A DNA stretch of 49,037 bases from Christensenellales bacterium (lineage in GTDB: Bacteria > Bacillota > Clostridia > Christensenellales > UBA1750). The position numbers and the translations under genes were made by a program. Location of the stretch: positions 1 to 49,037 of the forward strand of contig JBNRMR010000107.1 of NCBI GenBank assembly GCA_050309705.1, written 5' to 3'. Position 1 is the first letter of the stretch. Every line of letters starts with the position of its first letter. The notes below the pieces were generated by a model. It saw only the letters and a program-made list of their open reading frames with translations. It made no database searches and was not told where the DNA came from. Below are positions 7,608 through 17,679 of the stretch, one piece after another.

Positions 7608-9032
7608 ATGAACTTGAATATTGTGCCGCAGGATGAGATGAAGCGGCAAGAGGATATAATCAAAAAAGTGGCCGAAATGGCCGGAGGCGGAAAATTTCAC
7701 ATTGAAACCTTTGGCTGCCAGATGAACGTGAACGATTCCCAGAAGCTGGCGGGGCTGCTCTCCGTCATGGACTATGAAGAAACCAGCGATATAAAGGACG
7801 CGGACGTGATCCTTTTTAACACATGCTGCGTGCGAGATGGCGCGGAAAAGCGCATATATGGCCATATCGGCGCGGCGAAGAAAATATGGGAGCAGGACAG
7901 GGGCGTTATTATAGGTGTCTGCGGCTGCATGATGCAGCAGGAGGGCGCGGCCCAGGCTCTTTTAAAAAGGCACCCATATGTGAGCATTGTTTTTGGCACT
8001 GACCAGATGCACATGTTCCCTCAGATGATGCTGGACAGCTTGTGCGGCGAAAAGCGTGTGGTAAGCACCGAGATGAAAGCCGGAGGCAGCATCGCCGAGG
8101 GTATTCCAACATTGAGGAAGAACGCAGTAAGCGCATTTTCCACCATCATGTACGGCTGCGACAACTTCTGCTCCTTTTGCATAGTGCCCAGCGTCAGGGG
8201 CAGGGAGCGCTCCCGCAGGATGGACGACATAATAAAAGAGCTGGATGAAATGGCAGAGGCCGGCGTTCAGGAGGTCACCCTTCTGGGGCAGAATGTTAAC
8301 TCCTACGGCAAGGGCCTTGGCGAGAGTAAAGCCTGCTTTGCAAGTCTTCTAAGGCGTGCCGATCAGGTGGGTATACACAGGATACGCTTTATGACCAGCC
8401 ATCCCAAGGACCTTTCCGACGAGGTTTTGGAGGTGATGGCTGAGGGCAAAAACATATGCAAGCAGCTTCATCTGCCTGTGCAGTCCGGCTCCAACGGCAT
8501 CCTCTCGGCCATGAACAGGCGTTATACCGCTGAAAGATACATGTCGATATTGGACAAGGCGAGAAAATACATGCCTGAAATCGGCATAACGACGGACATA
8601 ATCGTGGGCTTCCCAGGCGAAACGGAAGCGGATTTCCAGGACACTTTGGCCCTGGTTCGCCGCGCCCGATTCGATAGCGCCTATACGTTTAAGTATTCAA
8701 GGCGAAGGGGCACAAAGGCCCATTCAATGGAAAACCAGATTTCCGACGCCGATAAAAAGGCCCGTATAATGGAGCTTATCGCCCTGCAGGAGGGCATCGC
8801 GGCGGAAATTTTTGACGAGCTTAAAGGCTCAGAGCAAAAGGCTCTGGTGGACGGCATCAGCAGGCGGTCCGGGGCAAATAAAAAGATAAGCAGCGGCTTT
8901 TCAGGCAGGATAGACAGGGGGCTTACAGTCAACATAGAAAACTCAATGGGGCGGGACGACATCTACGGAAAGATGGTTGATGTGAAGATAATAGGCGCGA
9001 AGCATAACACGCTTGTCGGCAAGCTTATTTAA
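7608..9032 (+). CDS. miaB: tRNA-2-methylthio-N6-dimethylallyladenosine synthase (radical SAM methylthiotransferase)
   Basis: UPF0004 N-domain FHIETFGCQMNVNDS, radical-SAM CDNFCSFCIVP and a C-terminal TRAM domain. 474 aa. Synteny with mutS/mutL/miaA. Confidence 0.9.
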   Translation: MNLNIVPQDEMKRQEDIIKKVAEMAGGGKFHIETFGCQMNVNDSQKLAGLLSVMDYEETSDIKDADVILFNTCCVRDGAEKRIYGHIGAAKKIWEQDRGVIIGVCGCMMQQEGAAQALLKRHPYVSIVFGTDQMHMFPQMMLDSLCGEKRVVSTEMKAGGSIAEGIPTLRKNAVSAFSTIMYGCDNFCSFCIVPSVRGRERSRRMDDIIKELDEMAEAGVQEVTLLGQNVNSYGKGLGESKACFASLLRRADQVGIHRIRFMTSHPKDLSDEVLEVMAEGKNICKQLHLPVQSGSNGILSAMNRRYTAERYMSILDKARKYMPEIGITTDIIVGFPGETEADFQDTLALVRRARFDSAYTFKYSRRRGTKAHSMENQISDADKKARIMELIALQEGIAAEIFDELKGSEQKALVDGISRRSGANKKISSGFSGRIDRGLTVNIENSMGRDDIYGKMVDVKIIGAKHNTLVGKLI

Positions 9033-9080
9033 AAATTATATAAAGATAGAATATACATATATAGATAAGGGGAGTACACA

Positions 9081-11657
9081 ATGGCGCTGTCGCCGATGAT
9101 GCAGCAATATTTCAACCTAAAGAACGAGAATCCAGATTGTATCATATTTTTCAGGCTGGGCGACTTTTACGAGATGTTCTTTGAGGACGCAGTGGAAGTT
9201 TCAAGGGAGCTGGGCCTAACCTTAACCGGCAGGGACTGCGGCCTGGAGGAGCGGGCGCCCATGTGCGGCGTGCCCTGGCATTCCGCGGAGGGCTATATCG
9301 CCCAGTTGGTGCAAAAGGGCTATAAGGTGGCCGTCTGCGAGCAGCTCACGGATCCTGCCGAGTCCAAAGGGCTGGTGGAAAGGGGCGTGGCAAGGATTGT
9401 CACCGCCGGGACCATCACCCAGGAAAGCGTGTTGCCGGAAAACGCCAATAACTACCTGCTTTCGGTGTTCGCTGACGGAAACGATGCGGGCCTTTGTTAC
9501 GCGGATGTGACCACGGGCGAGCTGGTCTGCGTGCAGGCGGCGGGGAAGGCAGAGCTTTCAGAAGCTCTTTTCAGAATAAATCCGGCGGAGATAATCGCCA
9601 ACAGCGAGGCGGTATTTTTGCTGAGCGCTGCTGGGTCGAAGCTGAAGGCCCAGGTGGTAAAACCCCTTGCCGGGCTGAAGGAATGCCTGCATGTTGTGGA
9701 AGGGCGCATCCGGGGGGCTAGGGCGCAGCTTAAAGGAATGGACGAGTGTGCTTTTTCGGCGGCCATGCTGCTCAAATACCTTGAAAGCATCCAGCTTAAC
9801 CCCCTTGCTCACATAAATACAATATCCGTCTTTAACACAAAGCGCCACATGGTGCTGGACCCTGTCGCCCGCCGGAACCTGGAGCTGACCAAGACCATGT
9901 TCGGCTCGCAAAAGGGCGGAACTCTTTTTCATCTGCTCAACAAGACGTCAACGTCCATGGGTGCAAGAACATTGCGCCATTTCATCGAAAGCCCTCTATA
10001 TGACATCGGCCAGATAACAAAGCGCCAAAGGGCCGTGGGCGCCCTTGCCGGCAGCTATGTGGCGGCCACCACCCTTTCCGAGGCATTAAAGCAGGTTTAC
10101 GACATCGAAAGGCTGAACTCAAAGCTGGCATACGGCTCCATAAACGCCAGGGATATGCTGGCGCTTAAAAAGTCCGTGGATGCGGTGCCTCAGGTGATAG
10201 GGGCAGTTGCGGGGCTGGAATCCGACATGATAGCGGAGCTTAGAAGCGCTCTTGATCCCATGGAGGACATATCCCGGCTTATCGGGCATGCCATATGCGA
10301 TGAACCGCCTGCGACTATAAAAGAAGGGGGCATAATCCGCCAGGGCTATCACAATGAGGTGGACAGGCTCCGGGACATCGCCACGGGAGGAAAGCAATGG
10401 CTGATGGAGTTCGAGGCCGGAGAAAGGGAGCAGACGGGTATACGCAACCTTAAGGTTGGCTATAACCGCGTGTTCGGCTATTATATCGAGGTCAGCAAAA
10501 GCCAGCTTGACCTTGTTCCCTACACCTACAACCGCCGCCAGACCCTTGCCAACTGCGAGCGCTTCTTCACCCAGGAGCTTAAAGAGGCGGAGGAGGAGCT
10601 TTTAGGCGCTCAGGACAAGTTAATACGACTTGAACACAGCCTGTTTTTGGAGCTTCGGGAGACTTTGCTGAAGGCAATTGCCAGGTTTAAATCCACGGCC
10701 GGGGCGGTGAAGGTGCTGGATGCACTGAATTCGCTGGCCCTTTGCGCCATTGAATACGATTATGTTTGCCCGCAGATGACCGAGGGCTACGAGATCGACA
10801 TCGAGGAGGGGCGCCATCCCGTGGTGGAGCGCATGGGCGAGGGCCAGTTCGTGCCCAACGATGCCCATATGAGCGAGAGCGAGCGGATGATGATCGTCAC
10901 TGGACCTAATATGGCGGGAAAGTCCACATATATGCGGCAGGTGGCCCTCATTGTGCTGATGGCCCACATGGGCAGCTTCGTTCCGGCAAAGAGCGCGAAG
11001 ATTTCTCTCACCGACAGGATATTCACCCGCATTGGCGCCCAGGACAACCTCGCCTCCGGCCAGAGCACGTTCATGGTGGAGATGACCGAGCTTAGCGATA
11101 TCCTTTCAAGAGCAACTGTGCGCAGCCTGCTTATATTGGACGAAATCGGCAGGGGAACAAGCACATTTGACGGTCTTTCAATTGCCTGGGCGGCGGTGGA
11201 ACACATCGCGGACAATAAAAAGCTGGGAGCAAAGACCCTTTTTGCCACCCACTACCATGAGCTTTCACAGCTTGAAGGCAGGTTGCCCGGCGTGGTGAAC
11301 TACAGGATATCGGTGAAGGAGCATGGCGACGAGATAATATTTTTGCGCAAGATAGTAAGAGGCGGCTCCGATCGCTCCTTCGGCATACAGGTGGCGGCCC
11401 TTGCGGGGCTTCCAAGAAGTCTTGTTTCAAGGAGCATGGAGATAATGGCCCGGCTTCAGGCTTCGGACATGAGCCACAGCGGCATCGGCAGCGTGCTTTT
11501 AAACGAACCAAAGGGCGGAACCGGCCAGGTGGACATGGCGTCCCTGCCCTATGTGGAGCTTTGCAAGGAGCTGGCGGCCATAGACGTGAATTCAATGACG
11601 CCCGTGGAGGCGCTTAACGAGCTGTATATGCTCAGGGAAAAGGCGAAATTAGTATGA
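9081..11657 (+). CDS. mutS: DNA mismatch repair protein MutS
   Basis: 858 aa. N-terminus MMQQYFNLKNENPDCIIFFRLGDFYEMFFEDA. Walker A GPNMAGKST. Also STFMVEM and DEIGRGTSTFDG. Confidence 0.97.
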   Translation: MALSPMMQQYFNLKNENPDCIIFFRLGDFYEMFFEDAVEVSRELGLTLTGRDCGLEERAPMCGVPWHSAEGYIAQLVQKGYKVAVCEQLTDPAESKGLVERGVARIVTAGTITQESVLPENANNYLLSVFADGNDAGLCYADVTTGELVCVQAAGKAELSEALFRINPAEIIANSEAVFLLSAAGSKLKAQVVKPLAGLKECLHVVEGRIRGARAQLKGMDECAFSAAMLLKYLESIQLNPLAHINTISVFNTKRHMVLDPVARRNLELTKTMFGSQKGGTLFHLLNKTSTSMGARTLRHFIESPLYDIGQITKRQRAVGALAGSYVAATTLSEALKQVYDIERLNSKLAYGSINARDMLALKKSVDAVPQVIGAVAGLESDMIAELRSALDPMEDISRLIGHAICDEPPATIKEGGIIRQGYHNEVDRLRDIATGGKQWLMEFEAGEREQTGIRNLKVGYNRVFGYYIEVSKSQLDLVPYTYNRRQTLANCERFFTQELKEAEEELLGAQDKLIRLEHSLFLELRETLLKAIARFKSTAGAVKVLDALNSLALCAIEYDYVCPQMTEGYEIDIEEGRHPVVERMGEGQFVPNDAHMSESERMMIVTGPNMAGKSTYMRQVALIVLMAHMGSFVPAKSAKISLTDRIFTRIGAQDNLASGQSTFMVEMTELSDILSRATVRSLLILDEIGRGTSTFDGLSIAWAAVEHIADNKKLGAKTLFATHYHELSQLEGRLPGVVNYRISVKEHGDEIIFLRKIVRGGSDRSFGIQVAALAGLPRSLVSRSMEIMARLQASDMSHSGIGSVLLNEPKGGTGQVDMASLPYVELCKELAAIDVNSMTPVEALNELYMLREKAKLV

Positions 11658-13528
11658 GCAATATGAATAAAATGAATGAAGCAGCCGGTAAGGCGATAAA
11701 AATACTGGATGAGAACACCGCCAATCGCATCGCTGCGGGCGAGGTCGTGGAAAGGCCGGCTTCGATAGTCAAAGAGCTGGTGGAAAACGCTCTGGACGCA
11801 GGATCTACGGCGGTTACGGTGGACATAATCGGCGGGGGCATAGAGCAAATCCGCGTAACGGACAACGGCTCAGGCATTCCCCCGGCGGATGTGCGCCTGG
11901 CCTTCGAGCGCCACGCCACCAGCAAGATAGCTTCCGGTGATAAGCTGACGGATATCGGCACGCTGGGCTTTAGGGGAGAGGCCTTGCCTTCCATCTCGGC
12001 GGTTTCAAAGGTGACACTGACCACAAAAACGAAGGAAGAGGACATAGGTGTTCGCATAAGCGTCGAGGGCGGCACGGTGGTGGACATTTCTCAGGCGGGC
12101 TGTCCCCAGGGAACCACCATAATTGTCAAAGATCTTTTCTACAACACCCCTGCAAGGCGAAAGTTTCTTAAAAGGCCTCAGGCCGAAGGCGGCATCATAA
12201 ACGACATGCTGGCAAGCCTGGCTCTTTCCCGGCCGGAGATATCAATCAGGTTTTCTATTGCCGGTAAAACCGTATTTCAGACCCCCGGTGACGGCAGCCT
12301 TCAAAGCGCCCTTTACACCGTTTTTGGACAAAGCACCGCCAAGGACATGCTGCCCGTGGAAGGCAAAAGCGGCTATGTGAAAGTTAGCGGCTATATCGGC
12401 GGCGGGGCGCTTGCTAGAGGCAACAGGCAAAACGAGATTTTCTTCGTCAACGGCAGAACTATCCGGAGCACGCCTCTTTCCCAGGGGCTTGAGTCGGCTA
12501 TGAAGGAGCGGGTGATGATCGGCCGCTTCCCCATATGCGCGTTGAACGTCACCGTTCCCCCGGAAATGGTGGATGTGAACTGCCATCCCTCCAAGACCCA
12601 GGTGCGCTTCAGCGACGAAGCCTATGTGCGCCAGGCGGTCTATGACGTGGTTTTTGAAAGTGTCACAGAGCAGTTCAATCTCAAAAACGCAGCGGCAGCG
12701 TTCGTGCCGGAACAGGCGCACCAGCAAAGGCCTCCGGTCTTTGATTTTACCGAAAACCTGCAGAAAAACCCGGAGCCTTCGGGCATTGAAAGCGTTGATC
12801 TGGGCATAAAACCGCCGACAAAGCCCATGATATTAAAGGATAGCGCATATGCTGCCCCGAATATTCAGCCGCAGTCGGATTTCTCCGATTTTATTACAGA
12901 AGAAGCACCGAAAGAGCCTTCGCAGCAGGAAATGAAAGAGCCCGGCGCATCGCTGCCCCACTATGATTTAATTGGCCAGGTTTTCAGCACATATCTGCTT
13001 TTGCGCTCAGGTGAAAGGCTTCTTGTGATCGACCAGCACGCCGCCCATGAAAGGCTGCTATATGACGAGTTCATGAAGCGCTTTGATGGGGGCGTTTACA
13101 GCCAGAAGCTTCTTGTGGCAAGGATATTTGACGTGACCATAAGCGATAAGGCGAAAATAATGGATAATATCGAGGCGCTTTCCCAGGCGGGTTTTGAGGT
13201 GGACGAGTTCGGCGTGAGCACCGTGCGAGTTAGCGCCGTGCCGGTGATTTTGGGCGAGCCCAGCATATCGGGCTTTTTCAGCGAGTTTGTGGACAGGCTG
13301 GGAGAGCTTTCCTCTCTCCGCGAACCGGAAAGAAAGCGGGACCGCATCATACAGATGGCCTGCAAGGGGGCAATAAAGGCGGGAGATTCTCTGGCTCAGG
13401 AGGAGATCGAGACTCTTTTGAGGACATTGTTTGAAAGCGGCAGCCCTCCCCACTGCCCACACGGCAGGCCGATAATAATTGAGATAACAAAGCGCGAACT
13501 GGAGCGCAGATTTGGCAGAATAGTTTAG
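11654..13528 (+). CDS. mutL: DNA mismatch repair protein MutL
   Basis: GHKL ATPase N-terminus IAAGEVVERPASIVKELVENALDAG. C-terminal endonuclease region with CPHGRP. ATGA overlap with mutS. Confidence 0.95.
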   Translation: MSNMNKMNEAAGKAIKILDENTANRIAAGEVVERPASIVKELVENALDAGSTAVTVDIIGGGIEQIRVTDNGSGIPPADVRLAFERHATSKIASGDKLTDIGTLGFRGEALPSISAVSKVTLTTKTKEEDIGVRISVEGGTVVDISQAGCPQGTTIIVKDLFYNTPARRKFLKRPQAEGGIINDMLASLALSRPEISIRFSIAGKTVFQTPGDGSLQSALYTVFGQSTAKDMLPVEGKSGYVKVSGYIGGGALARGNRQNEIFFVNGRTIRSTPLSQGLESAMKERVMIGRFPICALNVTVPPEMVDVNCHPSKTQVRFSDEAYVRQAVYDVVFESVTEQFNLKNAAAAFVPEQAHQQRPPVFDFTENLQKNPEPSGIESVDLGIKPPTKPMILKDSAYAAPNIQPQSDFSDFITEEAPKEPSQQEMKEPGASLPHYDLIGQVFSTYLLLRSGERLLVIDQHAAHERLLYDEFMKRFDGGVYSQKLLVARIFDVTISDKAKIMDNIEALSQAGFEVDEFGVSTVRVSAVPVILGEPSISGFFSEFVDRLGELSSLREPERKRDRIIQMACKGAIKAGDSLAQEEIETLLRTLFESGSPPHCPHGRPIIIEITKRELERRFGRIV

Positions 13529-14497
13529 ATGAGCGAAAGAAAGAGGCAAAGAATCGTCATAATTACAGGGCCTACCGCAACCGGCAAGACCGACGCAGCC
13601 GTCGATTTTGCTGAAAAGCACGGCGGAGAGATCGTGAGCGCCGACAGTATGCTGGTCTACCGCCATATGGATATCGGAACTGCCAAGCCCACAAAGGAGC
13701 AGATGGCAAGGGTTGTTCATCATATGGTGGACGTGGCCGATCCCTTTGATGATTTTTCGGTCGCCAGATGGCAAAGGGGCGCAAACGACGCCATCGAGAA
13801 GATACTTTCCCGGGAAAAGCTGCCGGTGGTGGCAGGGGGAACCGGTCTATATATCCGCGCGCTGCTTTATCCCATGAGCTTTGCGGGGGCCAAGTCAGAC
13901 GAAGCCATCAGGCAAAAATGGACGGAGTATCTTATTGAAAGCGGCCAGGAGAAGCTGCACGCAAGGCTTGCTCAGATCGACCCGGCATCGGCGGGGCGCC
14001 TGCCTGCCGGTGACACCCGCAGGATAATCCGGGCCCTTGAGATATATGATATCACCGGAAAGACATTGAGCGAAAAAATGCTGGAGGATGCAAAGCGCCC
14101 GCCCAGGTACGAAGCCCTTACAATGGGTGTGAACTTGCCCAGGGAGCTGCTCTATGATAGAATAAACCGACGGGTTGACGCCATGATAGAGGCCGGGCTT
14201 GTTGACGAAGTTCGGGCAATTCTGGCCATGGGCGTGCCGCGCAGCGCCACATCCATGCAGGGTCTGGGGTATAAGGAGATCGCGGAATATATATACGGGG
14301 AGTGCAGCTTTGACGAGGCCATCGAAAACCTGAAGCGCAGGACGCGCAACTTTGCAAAGCGGCAGATCACATGGTTTAAGAAGTATGCGGACATCGCCTG
14401 GCTGGAGGCCGGCACCTTTAAAAAGCTCGAAAAAGAGGACTTTTTAGCTTTCTTTGATGAAAACTACCACAACTTCCTTCGTTGTGATATTATATGA
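13529..14497 (+). CDS. miaA: tRNA dimethylallyltransferase
   Basis: P-loop ITGPTATGKT, then SADSMLVYRHMDIGTAKP and QGLGYKE. It starts immediately after the mutL stop. Confidence 0.93.
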   Translation: MSERKRQRIVIITGPTATGKTDAAVDFAEKHGGEIVSADSMLVYRHMDIGTAKPTKEQMARVVHHMVDVADPFDDFSVARWQRGANDAIEKILSREKLPVVAGGTGLYIRALLYPMSFAGAKSDEAIRQKWTEYLIESGQEKLHARLAQIDPASAGRLPAGDTRRIIRALEIYDITGKTLSEKMLEDAKRPPRYEALTMGVNLPRELLYDRINRRVDAMIEAGLVDEVRAILAMGVPRSATSMQGLGYKEIAEYIYGECSFDEAIENLKRRTRNFAKRQITWFKKYADIAWLEAGTFKKLEKEDFLAFFDENYHNFLRCDII

Positions 14498-14522
14498 AGG
14501 AACTTTATGAGAAGGTGATAAT

Positions 14523-14783
14523 ATGGCGAGAACCGCGATTTTGCAGGACGTGATACTAAACGCCCTGCGCAAGGAAAAACAGTTGGCCACGGTTCATCTG
14601 TTGAACGGGCTGCCCCTAAAGGGCTACATCAAGGCCTTTGACAACTTTGTGCTGCTGCTGGACTCCCCCGAAGGCAAGCAGATGATGGTCTATAAGCATG
14701 CGATTTCCACCATAACCCCCGCAAGGCCCGTGACATACACAGCGGCGCCGGAGGAGGAAAATGGACAGGGAAAGGCTGATTGA
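14523..14783 (+). CDS. hfq: RNA chaperone Hfq
   Basis: Sm1/Sm2 motifs: LQDVILNALRKEKQLATVHLLNGLPLKGYIKAFDNFVLLL...MVYKHAISTI. Confidence 0.93.
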   Translation: MARTAILQDVILNALRKEKQLATVHLLNGLPLKGYIKAFDNFVLLLDSPEGKQMMVYKHAISTITPARPVTYTAAPEEENGQGKAD

Positions 14784-15984
14784 AAGGGCGGAGCTAAAGC
14801 TTAAAGCCGCCTTTGAAGCACAAGATAAAATCGAAATTGAAAACACGAAGCGGGTGCTGGCGGCTTTTGGATCGCAGCGCCTTGCTTCGCGTCATTTCAC
14901 AGGCACCACGGGCTATGGCTATGGCGACGAGGGCAGGGACGCCCTGGAGCAGGTCTACGCCGAGGTTTTCGGGGCCGAGGCCGCTCTGGTCAGGCCGCTG
15001 ATCGCTTCGGGGACTCACGCGCTGGCCATCGCTCTTTTTGGTGCGCTGAGGCCGGGGCAAACCCTAATTTACGCCACCGGCAGGCCCTATGACACAATGG
15101 AGGAGATAATTGGCATCACCGGCTCCGGCGAAGGCTCATTGAAGGAGTTTGGTGTTTCCTATAGACAGGTGGAGCTTAAAGACGGCCGCGTGGACATCCG
15201 GGCGACCCTTGAAGCCATTGACGAAAGCACGGGCCTGGTGGTGTTGCAGCGCTCCTGCGGCTATGACTTCAGGCCCAGCCTGAGCGTGAGCGAAATTGGG
15301 GAGATAACCGAGGCCATAAAGAAGGAACATCCCTCTCTTAACGTGATGGTGGACAACTGCTATGGTGAGTTCACCGATGTGGTCGAACCCACCCATGTGG
15401 GGGTGGATCTTATGGCGGGATCGCTGATAAAAAACCCGGGAGGGGGCATTGCGCCCACGGGGGGATATGTCGCCGGCAGAGAAGAGCTTGTGCGCCGCTG
15501 CGCCACCAGAATGACGTCCCCCGGAATTGGCGCAGAGGTGGGATCCTATTCCCCTGGCTACAGGCTATATTTCCAGGGCTTCTTCATGGCGCCCCACACG
15601 GTTAACCAGGCAGTGAAGGGAGCGATGCTAATTGCTCAGGTGTTTGAGGACATGGGCTACGAGGTCATTCCCGGGCCGGGCCAGAAAAGGAATGACATAA
15701 TACAGGCCATAAAGCTGGGCAGCGCTGAAAAGCTCATCGCCCTTTGTCAGGCGGTGCAGGCGGCATCGCCCGTTGAGGCATATGTTACGCCGGAGCCATG
15801 GGAAATGCCGGGCTATACCAGCCAGGTGATAATGGCGGCGGGGGCCTTTGTTCAGGGTTCATCCATTGAGCTTAGCGCCGACGGCCCTTTAAGAGAGCCC
15901 TTCGCAGCATATATTCAGGGTGGGCTCACCTATGCCCATGTGAAGATCGCCCTGGAGAAGATGATAGACGCCCTGGCGGAATAA
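14761..15984 (+). CDS. Methionine gamma-lyase family / aluminium-resistance (YnbB-like) PLP protein
   Basis: TGYGYGDEGRDALEQVYAEVFGAEAALVRPLIASGTHA...GRPYDTMEEIIG matches the Met_gamma_lyase (aluminium resistance) family. The GGAGGAGGA RBS sits inside the hfq 3' end. Confidence 0.8.
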   Translation: MDRERLIERAELKLKAAFEAQDKIEIENTKRVLAAFGSQRLASRHFTGTTGYGYGDEGRDALEQVYAEVFGAEAALVRPLIASGTHALAIALFGALRPGQTLIYATGRPYDTMEEIIGITGSGEGSLKEFGVSYRQVELKDGRVDIRATLEAIDESTGLVVLQRSCGYDFRPSLSVSEIGEITEAIKKEHPSLNVMVDNCYGEFTDVVEPTHVGVDLMAGSLIKNPGGGIAPTGGYVAGREELVRRCATRMTSPGIGAEVGSYSPGYRLYFQGFFMAPHTVNQAVKGAMLIAQVFEDMGYEVIPGPGQKRNDIIQAIKLGSAEKLIALCQAVQAASPVEAYVTPEPWEMPGYTSQVIMAAGAFVQGSSIELSADGPLREPFAAYIQGGLTYAHVKIALEKMIDALAE

Positions 15985-15997
15985 TTTCCATGACAGC

Positions 15998-16035
15998 AAA
16001 AGTGGGAGCGTCTTTTTATGCTCCCACTTTTCTAT
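15998..16035. terminator. Bidirectional stem-loop between convergent genes
   Basis: AAAAGTGGGAGC (15998-16009) pairs with GCTCCCACTTTT (16020-16031). A/T runs lie on both sides. Confidence 0.6.
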
Positions 16036-16041
16036 TCCCTG

Positions 16042-16521
16042 CTAGTCGCTGTCGGCCAGCTTCTTGACCATCAAATATTCTTCGGGCTTTTCGCCTATTA
16101 TTTCGTATCCTAAGCGCAGATAAAAATTCACAGCGGGATTTTCTTTTTGAACGGCCAGCGATGTTTGCTCGTACCCTTTCCGGGATAAAAGCTCAAAGAG
16201 CCTTTCCATAAGCCTTGTTCCGATACCCTGATTGCGGTATTCCGGCAGAATGGATATCGCAAGCTCGGGTGTGCTGTCGTCAATATGCCCAAAGGCGGGA
16301 ATGATCCTTGCCCATGCCGCGCCGACAGCTTTTCCGCCGGCTTCAGCAAATACTCCGCAATCGCTTTCCTTGCCGAAGCCTTCAATATACATATATATAG
16401 AAGGATGAAAGATAACGCTTCTCTCTGGCAGCGGAAATCCGGGCGGAGTAAAAATTGACCAATAAATAAACTCCTCCAATATGGGATAATCGGACCTGCT
16501 CAATTCTTTTATTTTCATCAT
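16042..16521 (-). CDS. GNAT family N-acetyltransferase
   Basis: Acetyl-CoA motif ILPEYRNQGIGTRLMERL. The start is set at MMKIKEL, which has a GGGG RBS. The track ORF begins 6 codons earlier. Confidence 0.75.
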   Translation of the reverse strand: MMKIKELSRSDYPILEEFIYWSIFTPPGFPLPERSVIFHPSIYMYIEGFGKESDCGVFAEAGGKAVGAAWARIIPAFGHIDDSTPELAISILPEYRNQGIGTRLMERLFELLSRKGYEQTSLAVQKENPAVNFYLRLGYEIIGEKPEEYLMVKKLADSD

Positions 16522-16560
16522 TACAAACCCCGAAGGCATAAGCTGACCGGCTTACTTAGT

Positions 16561-17679
16561 TTAGTCCAGTCTTCCGTCATAATCGCCGTCGTCCTGGGCG
16601 GGCAGAGGAAACTTCACCGCTTTGCGCGTTCTTCCCGAGCGGTATATGGCCGAAAACAGCTCCACCGTTCGCCTTCCGGCAAGGCCGTCCGACAGGGGCT
16701 CGCGTCCTTCGATGATGGCGCTTAGAAAATCTGCAATCTGCAACCCGTGGTAGTGACGGGTTGGGTCTATGCTGCCAAAGAAAGCCGTGTCTTCGCGCTG
16801 CCATTGCTCAAGCAGATGCTCCTCGCCTGGAATTGTCCACAGATCGTTCAATGGCGGTTCCGTCACGGAGGATTGCCCGGCCACAAACATGGCCCCGCCG
16901 TCCGTTTGCACGCCAACTCCTGCGCCGTTTTCGCCAAATACGCTCACCCTTCCGTAGAGCGCCGGGTTTGCCGAATTGGTGACAAGTATGTTGCCGATTG
17001 CGCCGCTCTTGAAGCGGATGACGGCGGCGGCAGTGTCCTCCACCTCGATGTAGGGGTGGTTCAGGTTTTCCCACACGGCGTAAACCTCGTCGATTTCGCC
17101 CATGTACCACAGCAGCAAATCCATCTGATGGGGCGCTTGATTGATCAAAACACCGCCGCCTTCACCATGCCATGTGCCCCGCCAAGGCGCGCTGTTGTAG
17201 TACTTTTGATCGCGCCAGCCCAGCATTGTGATGGTGCCGATGATGGGCCTGCCCAGCTTGCCGTCGTCGATGGCTTTTTTTATGCGCAGGCAAGGGGCGT
17301 AGAAGCGCCGCTGGCACACTGCGCCAACCTTGACGCCGGAGCGCCTTGCTGCAGCCAAAATGTCGTCGCAGGCGCTAAGGCTGTCAGCCAGGGGCTTTTC
17401 CACCAGAATATGTATGCCGGCGTTTGCCGCGTCCACGGCGTTTTCGCGGTGCGCCGGGTGGGGGGAGCAGATTGAAACGGCCTCGACGCCTGTCTCGCGC
17501 CGCATAATTTCAACGCTGGGAAAGGCTGGAACGCCATAGCCTTCGGCAAAAGCTTTTGCCTTTTCATAATCGCGGCCGACGACGCCAACAAACTCCGATT
17601 GGGCAAGTTTTGCAAAAAACTCAGCGTGAAAATGCCCGACAGCGCCCGTGCCTATGACGCCGGTCTTTATTTTTCTCAT
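16561..17679 (-). CDS. Gfo/Idh/MocA family NAD(P)-dependent oxidoreductase
   Basis: N-terminal Rossmann fold KTGVIGTGAVGHFH. EKP motif in ILVEKPLA. C-terminal GFO_IDH_MocA_C-like region. 4-bp overlap with the upstream ADH gene. Confidence 0.85.
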   Translation of the reverse strand: MRKIKTGVIGTGAVGHFHAEFFAKLAQSEFVGVVGRDYEKAKAFAEGYGVPAFPSVEIMRRETGVEAVSICSPHPAHRENAVDAANAGIHILVEKPLADSLSACDDILAAARRSGVKVGAVCQRRFYAPCLRIKKAIDDGKLGRPIIGTITMLGWRDQKYYNSAPWRGTWHGEGGGVLINQAPHQMDLLLWYMGEIDEVYAVWENLNHPYIEVEDTAAAVIRFKSGAIGNILVTNSANPALYGRVSVFGENGAGVGVQTDGGAMFVAGQSSVTEPPLNDLWTIPGEEHLLEQWQREDTAFFGSIDPTRHYHGLQIADFLSAIIEGREPLSDGLAGRRTVELFSAIYRSGRTRKAVKFPLPAQDDGDYDGRLD